Positions 1 to 7,881 of a stretch of 64,000 bases of DNA are shown piece after piece. Source of the stretch: Syntrophaceae bacterium UBA2280 (GTDB lineage Bacteria > Desulfobacterota > Syntrophia > Syntrophales > Smithellaceae). Where the stretch lies: the NCBI GenBank assembly GCA_002347685.1, contig DDWS01000046.1:151772-215771 (forward strand), written 5' to 3'. The notes below the pieces were generated by a model. The model had not been told where the DNA came from. It was given only the letters and a program-made list of their open reading frames with translations, and did no database searches. Position 1 is the first letter of the stretch, and each line of letters starts with the position of its first letter. The position numbers were made by a program, and so were the translations under genes.

Positions 1-1167
1 CCCTGCGGCAATGGCATCCGTAGCTTTTTTGAGAATGCGGATTCTCTTGATAATGCTATTGCCCAGACGAAGGGAAATGATAAACGCTATGAGCATTCCC
101 AGGGTTGTGACCCCTATACTCGTCCAGATCAAATCCCATTTTATATCCCGATATTTGGCTTCCAGCATTCCGGTGTAGAGTACGCCAATGCGCTTTTCAT
201 CCATGTTGAAAATAGGCGTATAGGTGGTGATATACCAATCTTTCACAACGAAAGCCCTGCCTACCCAATCCTCCCCTTCTTTGACGACGCGATCATAAAC
301 TTCTTTGGAAAGAATAGTGCCAATGGCCCTTTTGTTATCCTTCGTCATAACATTGGTAGATATGCGCACTCCTCCCTGAAATATAGTAGCCACACCCATA
401 TTCTGGCCTTTGTATTTTTCACCATGATACACGGTCTCCTGTATCTTATCGACAATCGTATTGTCCTTGTTAACCAGAATGCCTCCTACCAAAACGCCCG
501 CCAGAAGGTTAGTTTTTCTATCGATGATGGGATAGGCGGCTCTCATCACCATACCTTCCGAGAGAATATCTTCACTGATTTCGGCGGATAAAGGCGTTTT
601 AATAATATCCGTCAGCGCCCGGTCTGAAAGCTCGGGGTTTTCCCGTAAGATATCTTCAATGGGCATGAGTTCGGTTGAAGTGATGGAAATTCTTTTTTCG
701 ATGCAGCTTCTCACTACGGGATCTTTAAGGAGACTGTCACCCCTGATTGCCGGATTAGACGCTCTGTACAATACCGTCCCTCCGGCATCCACAACCGCAA
801 GCATATCGATGGAAAAATGGTCATTCCCCGGGGGTATCGCTGTCTGGCTGCGAATGAGTGATTTCAGTGATTCCATACTGGAAATATCACGTCTTTTAAT
901 AAGTTCCCGCAGGTCGTACCCCTCGGCGGTGAACTGAATCAGGGACGTCATTTTCTCCAGCGAATGATTGTAAATCAGTTGAGCAGTATTGATATCCAGA
1001 CACACTCTGTTTTGCACCTCTGCAATGGTGCTCTTGTTTATCGTCCAGATACTGATAATGGTGGCAAAGATGCCCGTAAGGCAGGTGGCAATCAGAAACC
1101 CAAACACCAGACGGCTTTGCAAATCTAATTTGAAAAGACGCTGTATTCGTTCAGTGTTGATTTTCAT
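1..1167 (-). CDS. Sensor protein, N-terminal part only (TM, extracytoplasmic Cache-like domain, TM, start of HAMP); the output domain lies beyond the window edge
   Basis: Absent from the ORF track because it runs off the window. My reverse-strand translation from ATG 1167-1165 gives MKINTERIQRLFKLDLQSRLVFGFLIATCLTGIFATIISIW... and stays open to position 1. It has one N-terminal TM, about 290 aa of extracytoplasmic sequence, a second TM (IWTSIGVTTLGMLIAFIISL) and then a HAMP-like RLGNSIIKRIRILKKATDAIAAG. Confidence 0.6.
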   Translation of the reverse strand, partial: MKINTERIQRLFKLDLQSRLVFGFLIATCLTGIFATIISIWTINKSTIAEVQNRVCLDINTAQLIYNHSLEKMTSLIQFTAEGYDLRELIKRRDISSMESLKSLIRSQTAIPPGNDHFSIDMLAVVDAGGTVLYRASNPAIRGDSLLKDPVVRSCIEKRISITSTELMPIEDILRENPELSDRALTDIIKTPLSAEISEDILSEGMVMRAAYPIIDRKTNLLAGVLVGGILVNKDNTIVDKIQETVYHGEKYKGQNMGVATIFQGGVRISTNVMTKDNKRAIGTILSKEVYDRVVKEGEDWVGRAFVVKDWYITTYTPIFNMDEKRIGVLYTGMLEAKYRDIKWDLIWTSIGVTTLGMLIAFIISLRLGNSIIKRIRILKKATDAIAAG

Positions 1168-1270
1168 GGCATCGGCCCGATGTTAGCAATGTGATTTGCA
1201 TACTATCATGAATACCATGGCATTATCAAACATTCTTTAGATACACCGGGCGGTGGGATACTCCTCCAGC

Positions 1271-1660
1271 TTAGCCGATCAGTTTATTTACACGCAAAAG
1301 AAGTTCGGATGCAGGAACAGGCTTGGCCACATAATCGTCTGCCTGAAGGTATTCACCATCTGTTTCCGGAGAAAATTTAAATCCCGTTTTGTCGGTAACG
1401 GCGGTGACCATCAGAATGGGTATGTTCTTGAATTTCTCATCATGCTTCAAATTATAACACAAATCAAATCCATCCGTGTGTTTGTCCATCATGACGTCCA
1501 GAACAATTAATGCCGGCCTGTCGGTTTCGATTGATTTCCGGCCATCTGTTACGTTCAGGACATGATGTACCTGGAAACCCTTATTTCCCAAAATAATTTT
1601 GAGCGCTTCGCCATAGTCTTGATCATCATCAATAATCAGTATCTTCTTTTTCTCCAACAT
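1271..1660 (-). CDS. Stand-alone response regulator receiver (CheY-like)
   Basis: 129 aa. ILIIDDD acidic pocket, LIVLDVMMD phospho-acceptor context and a conserved Lys in VAKPV. GGAGG Shine-Dalgarno just upstream of the ATG. Confidence 0.85.
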   Translation of the reverse strand: MLEKKKILIIDDDQDYGEALKIILGNKGFQVHHVLNVTDGRKSIETDRPALIVLDVMMDKHTDGFDLCYNLKHDEKFKNIPILMVTAVTDKTGFKFSPETDGEYLQADDYVAKPVPASELLLRVNKLIG

Positions 1661-1695
1661 GGTGACCTCCGTTAGTGGATAAGTTGACGGCCGAT

Positions 1696-2712
1696 TTATG
1701 ATTCAGCAATCGCTTTTACAACCTCAAGCGTTCCAATGTGTACGGGGCAGTAATCGGAACAGCGCCCGCAGCCGACACAGCCGCATAAGCTTCCCTGGAT
1801 ATCAATTTCATTGTAATGAAGCAGTTTATGCTCATGACGCCTTTTGAGCCTTAAAGCCTGGCTGGCTCTGGGATTATGGCCGGACGCCTCTTTCGTAAAA
1901 CCGCCGTAGAGACAAGCATCCCAAATCCTCGCGCGAAGGCCGTTACCCGGAGAAAACTGATGATCGTAGACACTGAAACAGGTGCAGGTAGGACACACAA
2001 AAGCGCAGCCGCCGCAGGTAATGCACTTCTGACCGAAGCTGTCCCAGATTTTTTCATCGGCTTTATCATCCTTTAGTTTTTTCATGGCTTTCGCAACCGA
2101 CTTCACTTCAGGCAGGTGTCGGAGGGCCTTCTTTTGAAATTTCGCTATTTGCTGTTCAGCATGGGTGTCATCGATATCGGTAAGCGGAATGGCCGACAGC
2201 AAGGCTTCGCCTCCGGGTGTACCAATCTCAATCAGGAAGGTATCGCCCACGTCGTAGAACTGCAAATCAAAACCTTTTCGCGCGAATGGTCCACTATGAG
2301 TCGTGGTACAAAAACAGGTTTCATTCTGCGGGCCGGGGCAGGCCATGACAATCGTCATCCCCATGTTGCGCTTTGCGGAATAATAAATATCTTTCTGATC
2401 ACGAGACATAAAACTTGTTGCCTGAAGAATTCCCATCATGTCACAGGCGCGAATTCCAAATATAAGCGTGTTTTTCGACGATACGACTTCCCGGTATTCG
2501 TTATTTTCAACTTTAAAGGTAATCTCGGAATGGGGAAAAAACACAGCCTTGGGGGAAAGCGGCGGCTTTTTGTAGTCAAGCGTAAATGTCTTTTCCCGAA
2601 ACGTATCGAAGATACAGTCGCCCGGATCCGTCTGGGTGGGACACAAAACATCATGTTTTTGAGCCCAGATCGTCAGGGTCTCAATGAGGTCTTTTTTGGC
2701 CAATGTCTTCAT
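1696..2712 (-). CDS. 4Fe-4S cluster subunit of the formate dehydrogenase module (sulfhydrogenase beta / AsrA-like)
   Basis: Two ferredoxin-type motifs (CITCGGCAFVCPTC and CGCVGCGRCSDYCP). I moved the start to ATG 2712 (MKTLAKK) because AGGAGG lies 5 nt upstream and this ATG overlaps the fdhA stop as ATGA. Confidence 0.75.
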   Translation of the reverse strand: MKTLAKKDLIETLTIWAQKHDVLCPTQTDPGDCIFDTFREKTFTLDYKKPPLSPKAVFFPHSEITFKVENNEYREVVSSKNTLIFGIRACDMMGILQATSFMSRDQKDIYYSAKRNMGMTIVMACPGPQNETCFCTTTHSGPFARKGFDLQFYDVGDTFLIEIGTPGGEALLSAIPLTDIDDTHAEQQIAKFQKKALRHLPEVKSVAKAMKKLKDDKADEKIWDSFGQKCITCGGCAFVCPTCTCFSVYDHQFSPGNGLRARIWDACLYGGFTKEASGHNPRASQALRLKRRHEHKLLHYNEIDIQGSLCGCVGCGRCSDYCPVHIGTLEVVKAIAES

Positions 2713-4745
2713 ACGCACCTCCTGATTTTCACGGCACATCCTTTGTATTCTGGAATCTTGGCAACAGGATCATACGCCGAGTTGGTCAACAGGTTGATGG
2801 GAGCTTCGTGAAAATGGAAGGTAGAAAATACCACGCTTTGCGGAACCCTTTTGGTTATCTCCGCCTTGAGTCTTACGGCCCCCCGGCGGGAAGTCACCTC
2901 AACCACGTCATTGTTTCTTATCCCCATTTTTTTGGCATCATCCGGATGAATTTCCAGGAGCGCCTCCGGCGCTTCTCTTTCCAGAATACTGATGCGGCGG
3001 GTCATGGTTCCGGTATGGTAGTGATAATAGATGCGTCCCGTGGTGAGCATAAAATCGTACTCTTCATCAGGCATCTCCGCAACCGGCTTGAATTCACACG
3101 GCAGAAATGTTCCCAACCCTTTGCTGAATTTATCTTTATGTAAAACCGGTGTTCCCGGATGTTCCACATTGGGACACGGCCACTGAAGTCCATAGCCGCC
3201 GGCCAACCTCTCATGCGTGATGCCCGCGTAGGAAGGCGTCACGGCATTAATCTCCTTCATGATGTCGGCCGGTGATGAATAATTCATCGGATATCCGGCA
3301 AGCGTGCTCAGTTCACAAATAATCCGCCAGTCCGGGCGGGCTTCTCCCGGAGGAGATATGGCCTTTCCCGACAATTGTACCCTTCTTTCCGTGTTCGTGT
3401 AAGTGCCCTCCTTTTCGGCAAATGAAGCGGCTGGAAGAACAACGTCGGCCTTAACAGCCGTCTCTGAAAGAAACATATCCTGCACAACAAGAAAATCCAG
3501 ATTGGACAGGGCCTGTTCGATATGGGATGTATCCGGGTCACTCATCAGGGGATTTTCTCCCATAACGAAGAGAGCTTTAAGCTCACCTTTTTGCGCCGCG
3601 ATCATCATATCGGTGATGGTCAGGCCCACCTTGTCGTCCAGCGCCGCCACGCCCCAGGCGTCCTCAAATTTCTTTTTCGCAGCAGCATCGATCACAGGTT
3701 GATAACCACTGTATACATTCGGCAAGCCTCCCATGTCACAGGCGCCCTGGACATTGCTTTGTCCGCGCAGGGGATTGACCCCCGTTGCCGGCCTGCCCAG
3801 ATGGCCGGTCAGCATGGCCAGGTTGGCGCAAGATTTTACATTATCCACGCCCGTCGTATGCTGGGTGATGCCCATGGCATAAGCCAGCATGGCCTTGTCC
3901 GCTTTAGCATACATGTTCGCCGCCTTTTTAAGATCGCGGCTTGCGACACCGGAAATCTTTTCCACCACGTGCGGCGGATATTTTCTGACGATCTCCTTTA
4001 ATTGCTCAAATCCTTCCGTTCTTGTTTCGACAAATTCCTTATCGTAGAGCTCTTCTTCTATAATGATGTTCATGATGCCATTGAGCACAGCTACGTCCGT
4101 ACCGATATTCTGGCGCAGATGCAGATCGGCGAACTCAGCCAGTGGTATCTCTCTGGGATCAATCAATAGCAGTTTTGCTCCTCTTTTGACGGCATTGATG
4201 ATGCGCGATCCGATCAGAGGATGCTGCGCTGTGGTGTTAGAACCCGTTACCAGAAAAAGATCGGCATCGTCAAAATCGTTAATCGAGTTTGTCATTGCTC
4301 CGGAACCGAATGTTGCGGCCAGACCGACCACGGTGGAGCTGTGTCAAAGCCTTGCACAGTGATCCACATTGTTTGTGCCGAATGTCGCCCGTGCCATTTT
4401 CATAAAGAGATAGTTTTCTTCATTGGTGACTTTGGCGGAGGCGAGAAAAGCCAGAGCACGAGGGCCGAATTGTTTCTTGATGTCCAATAATCTGTCCGCA
4501 ACAAGCTTCAATGCCTCGTCCCATGTGCTCTCGACTTGCTCTCCATGCTTCCGGATCAGCGGCTTGGTCAGCCTTTCCGGAGAGTGTATAAATTCGTGCG
4601 CGTTCCATCCTTTTACACACAGCATGCCTTTATTGACCGGGTTTGACGGGCTGGGTTCTATGCCTGTCACCCTGTCTCTCTCGGATAAAAGATAGAAGCT
4701 GCATCCACATCCGCAAAATGGACATACGGTTCGCGTCCTGGTCAT
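2709..4745 (-). CDS. fdhA: Formate dehydrogenase catalytic subunit (Mo/W-bis-PGD), selenocysteine-containing; one gene that the ORF track splits in two
   Basis: ORFs 4344..4745 and 2709..4331 are in the same frame, separated only by TGA at 4346-4344. Read-through gives ...[30 protein letters not shown], the conserved Sec/Cys active-site context of FdhA/FdhF. N-terminal CPFCGCGCS 4Fe-4S motif and no Tat signal, so it is cytoplasmic. 678 codons in total. Confidence 0.9.
4315..4346 (-). promoter_or_regulatory. Sec-UGA codon (4346-4344) plus bacterial SECIS hairpin (4331-4315)
   Basis: Minus-strand RNA reads UGA CAC AGC UCC ACC then GUGGUC-GGUCU-GGCCGC. This is a 6-bp stem (with G-U pairs) and an apical GGUCU loop, starting 12 nt after the UGA. 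From memory, the UGA CAC context and GGUC-type loop resemble the E. coli fdhF SECIS. Confidence 0.7.
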
Positions 4746-4747
4746 GA

Positions 4748-5590
4748 TTAAATTGCCTCCTTCATCTTCTCGATCTCTGTAAAGGGGAAAACAGGTCCGT
4801 CAATGCAGCAATACTTATCTCCAAAAGCGCAGTGACCACATTTTCCGACGCCGCACTTCATCATCCTTTCCAGCGACATAAAGATGTGTTCTCTGGGAAA
4901 ATTTAAGCTCAGAAGCTTCTGCAAAACAAAACGATACATAATGGGAGGGCCGCACAGCACCACCTGGGTTGCAAAGGGAAAGAGAACAGCTCTATCAAAT
5001 AATCCCGTCACCACACCTACATATTGTTTCCAGATTCCTTCGTCATCGCGGTCCACGCTGTAATGATACTGGATGTCATCGCGGTCGAAAAAACTCAGCA
5101 GTTCATACTTGAACAGGACGTTTTCGGGATTATTGGTGCCGTACATCAGGATGATATCATCAAACTCCTTCCTTTTGTCCAGAGCATAGAGCAAGAGAGA
5201 ACGCAGCGGGGCAAGCCCCAGACCGCCGGCAACAAAAAGCAGTTTCTGCCCCTTGAGTTGCTCCACGGGAAATCCTCTTCCATAGGGGCCACGGATGTGA
5301 AAGGTGGAACCTTTGCCCATTTCGAAAAGGGCATCTGTCACTTTGCCCGTGCGCCTGACACAAATTTCGAGTGTATCAGGCCTCGTTGGCGGGGAGGATA
5401 TGCTGATGGGCGCTTCTCCCTTACCGAAGATGGATACTTCAATGAACTGTCCCGGCTGATGACCAAAGCTTTCCCATGTCCCTCCATCTTCCAACTTCAG
5501 TTGAAATAACCTGTGATCTTTGATTTGTGGCAAAGAACGGATTATAGAAACAGGTCGAAGATCATAGATATTACCGCAATCACCGCCCAT
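4748..5590 (-). CDS. FAD/NAD(P)-binding [2Fe-2S] electron-transfer subunit (PyrK / sulfhydrogenase gamma / AsrB-like)
   Basis: Ferredoxin-reductase-type fold motifs (RPVSII..., GKGEAPISISS, LLFVAGGLGLAPLRS) and a C-terminal CGVGKCGHC...C cluster motif. The start is trimmed to ATG 5590 (MGGDCGNIY), which has GGAGGT upstream. The track's 66-aa N-terminal extension looks non-coding. Confidence 0.75.
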   Translation of the reverse strand: MGGDCGNIYDLRPVSIIRSLPQIKDHRLFQLKLEDGGTWESFGHQPGQFIEVSIFGKGEAPISISSPPTRPDTLEICVRRTGKVTDALFEMGKGSTFHIRGPYGRGFPVEQLKGQKLLFVAGGLGLAPLRSLLLYALDKRKEFDDIILMYGTNNPENVLFKYELLSFFDRDDIQYHYSVDRDDEGIWKQYVGVVTGLFDRAVLFPFATQVVLCGPPIMYRFVLQKLLSLNFPREHIFMSLERMMKCGVGKCGHCAFGDKYCCIDGPVFPFTEIEKMKEAI

Positions 5591-5933
5591 AGCTCTACCT
5601 CCTTCATTCCGAGGATTCTTGATATGACTATTCAGAAACAGCAAGTTTAATACCAAAAGGAGATCCACTTGATATAACGACGATATTGGGAATACAACAT
5701 GATGTATTATGAATGGATGGGGCAGGATACCCCGACTTCGGGGTAATATTACCCTTCTTTCTATATGGCTCCTGGTTTTCTCAATCAAGCTCTGTCAAGA
5801 TATTTTTTTTTACGGCCTCCGGCGTAATATTTCCGCATACGAGTATAAGATAGGATAGGATAGAAAAACAGTTCCGTACACATTCTAATCCTTGACATGG
5901 TCACCCATCGTTTGTTATTGAATATATTATTCA

Positions 5934-6003
5934 GGCGATGGGGTTCGCCTTTAACCGCACACATTGCTGATAACTCCTACGACCTATCTTAGAACCGTGG
6001 GAG
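5934..6003 (+). promoter_or_regulatory. Fluoride riboswitch (crcB motif), copy 1, with SD-sequestering expression platform
   Basis: GGCGAUGGGGUUCGCCUUUAACCGC...GCUGAUAACUCCUAC. P1 is GGCGA/UCGCC. Loop GGGGU (5940-5944) can form a pseudoknot with ACUCC (5973-5977). Anti-SD CUCCUACG (5974-5981) can pair with CGUGGGAG (5996-6003), which covers the GGGAG SD of the GTG start at 6010. Confidence 0.85.
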
Positions 6004-6009
6004 CTCTAT

Positions 6010-7680
6010 GTGACATCATCAAATCCAATGCCCATCAATCAAATCCGAGAATTGCTCGATCTTCTGTCATCAACTGTGAACAGTTTTTCCATGGTATCTC
6101 TTGAAAAGCAACTGGCTGCCGCGCAGGATTTGCTTTTGGAAAATCCACCCATCGATGTGGCAGTTCTGGGACAGTTCAAGGCCGGAAAGAGTTCTTTTCT
6201 CAACAGCTTGCTCGGTCAGAACGTTTTGCCTGTCGGCGCTATTCCGGTCACCACCGCTGTTACCCGCCTGCAATATGGAGAACGTGAGCGTGCGCTGGTT
6301 CGTCATTTTAATGGGCACACCACGAAAGCGAAAGTGCCTCTGGCCGATATTGCAGAGTTTACCTCGGAGACCAGGAATCCCGGCAATGAGAAAAACGTCG
6401 CGATTGTGGACATTGAATTGCCGGCTATGGGAAAATATCCCGGCTTGCGATTGGTCGATACACCCGGACTAGGCAGTGTTTACAAATATCACCAGTCGGC
6501 GTCGGAAAATTGGCTTCCATCGGTCGGCACAGCCCTTTTGGCCGTAAGCTCCGACAGGCCCTTGTCGGAAAATGACCTGGAGCTGATTCGTGAACTAACC
6601 AGCCACACTCCAAACATTATTATTTTGTTGACCAAGGCCGATTTGCTTTCACCGGAACAGCAACAGGAAGTCATCTCGTTTTTTCAGCAGACCCTCCAGC
6701 GGGAGCTCCACCGGACGCTTCCGGTCTATCTTTATTCAACGAAAAGCGGAACCGAAGACTATAAACAGCTTATTGAACAAGACATTTTCCAGACCACTTG
6801 TACCAACCGGGATGATGAATTTTTAAGAATTCTGCGTTATAAGACTCGTTCGCTGTCACAAAGCACACTGAGCTATCTGAGTATTGCGCTGCGTTCATCT
6901 TTGCAGGCTGACTTGAATCGGGACAATCTGCGTGGGCAAATATTCAACGAAAAAATCAACGAAGATCTGATGAACGAGGAACTGGGCATCATCTCCCGTG
7001 AGCATCAACGGCAAACCCGCCCTCTAATTGAGGCTTATCTGGAACCGTTTTTGCCGCCCCTGATTAAAAAAGTTAAAGCCAAACTCGAAAGAGACATGCC
7101 GTCCTGGCAGGGCAATCTCTGGAAACTATCCCGGCGCTATGAGGCATGGGTATCTGAAACGCTCTCCGAGGAGATACGCGGCATTTCAAAAACCGAACAC
7201 ATCCATTTTCTAGGCACTCAGAAAAAAGCCCATGCGAGCTTTTCGAGAACGTTAGAGGTGTTTCGCAAATTTTTAGGCGACAATATTGAAAATGTGCTGG
7301 GCGTAAAGATGGCCGGGGTCGACTGGAAAATCGATGTGGTTGAACCCGATCACCCGGACATTGCCTTCACCAAATCTTTTGATGTTCATCTGGATCTGCT
7401 CTGGTTTCTGATTCCCCTGTTTGTATTCCGGCGGATCTTCGAACGGCATTTTATGAAAGGCTTGCCGAAAGAAGTCGGAATCAATCTGTCACGTCTGGCC
7501 TATCAATGGGAAAAAAGTGTGAATAACGCCATCGATGCAATGCGCATCCAGGCGACCGGCTATATCCATGAAGAACTCGCGACTATCGAAGCCCTGCTTT
7601 CACGGACACAGGGGCAGACGGATGACATTAAACAACTGATCGCTCGGATTGAAAAGTTAACGGATGATTTATCAAAATAG
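6010..7680 (+). CDS. Bacterial dynamin-like GTPase
   Basis: 556 aa. G1 GQFKAGKSS, G3 DTPG and G4 TKAD motifs in dynamin-like order, a long helical region, and a C-terminal hydrophobic segment LLWFLIPLFVF. GTG start with GGGAG 6 nt upstream; an ATG at 6028 is the alternative. Confidence 0.8.
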   Translation: MTSSNPMPINQIRELLDLLSSTVNSFSMVSLEKQLAAAQDLLLENPPIDVAVLGQFKAGKSSFLNSLLGQNVLPVGAIPVTTAVTRLQYGERERALVRHFNGHTTKAKVPLADIAEFTSETRNPGNEKNVAIVDIELPAMGKYPGLRLVDTPGLGSVYKYHQSASENWLPSVGTALLAVSSDRPLSENDLELIRELTSHTPNIIILLTKADLLSPEQQQEVISFFQQTLQRELHRTLPVYLYSTKSGTEDYKQLIEQDIFQTTCTNRDDEFLRILRYKTRSLSQSTLSYLSIALRSSLQADLNRDNLRGQIFNEKINEDLMNEELGIISREHQRQTRPLIEAYLEPFLPPLIKKVKAKLERDMPSWQGNLWKLSRRYEAWVSETLSEEIRGISKTEHIHFLGTQKKAHASFSRTLEVFRKFLGDNIENVLGVKMAGVDWKIDVVEPDHPDIAFTKSFDVHLDLLWFLIPLFVFRRIFERHFMKGLPKEVGINLSRLAYQWEKSVNNAIDAMRIQATGYIHEELATIEALLSRTQGQTDDIKQLIARIEKLTDDLSK

Positions 7681-7811
7681 GACATACTCTTTTTCTAAAG
7701 AAAGAGTGGTGCACTTTGAACTGGAATTCACCATTTATATTCGATCTTGACAAGCACGTCTTGCTTTGATTAAAAGGTCACGCCGTTTAAGCATGTAACC
7801 TTAATCGCGCG

Positions 7812-7879
7812 GGCGATGGAGTTCGCCTTTAACCGCCTTTGCAGCTGATGACTCCTGAAAATGAATCTAAGGAGTCATC
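7812..7879 (+). promoter_or_regulatory. Fluoride riboswitch (crcB motif), copy 2, with SD-sequestering hairpin
   Basis: GGCGAUGGAGUUCGCCUUUAACCGCCUUUGCAGCUGAUGACUCCUG. The GGCGAUGGAGUUCGCC and UGAUGACUCCU blocks match the crcB-motif consensus as I remember it. Loop GGAGU (7818-7822) pairs with ACUCC (7851-7855). GAUGACUCCU (7847-7856) is perfectly complementary to AGGAGUCAUC (7870-7879), which contains the SD. Confidence 0.9.
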
Positions 7880-7881
7880 AT

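Noticed and set aside
2709-4745. Formate dehydrogenase as a pseudogene split by a premature stop
   Set aside because: The single TGA falls exactly at the conserved Sec/Cys active-site position ([11 protein letters not shown]) and is followed by a SECIS-like hairpin. Both halves are otherwise intact and in frame.
5591-5788. 66-aa N-terminal extension of the FAD subunit ORF given by the track
   Set aside because: The extension has odd composition and no SD. An internal ATG at 5590 has GGAGGT upstream and begins where family-like sequence starts.
7861-7881. ATG 7861 as the start of the CPA2 antiporter
   Set aside because: It lies in the loop of the riboswitch SD-sequestering hairpin and has no SD of its own. 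ATG 7882 is 7 nt after AAGGAG.
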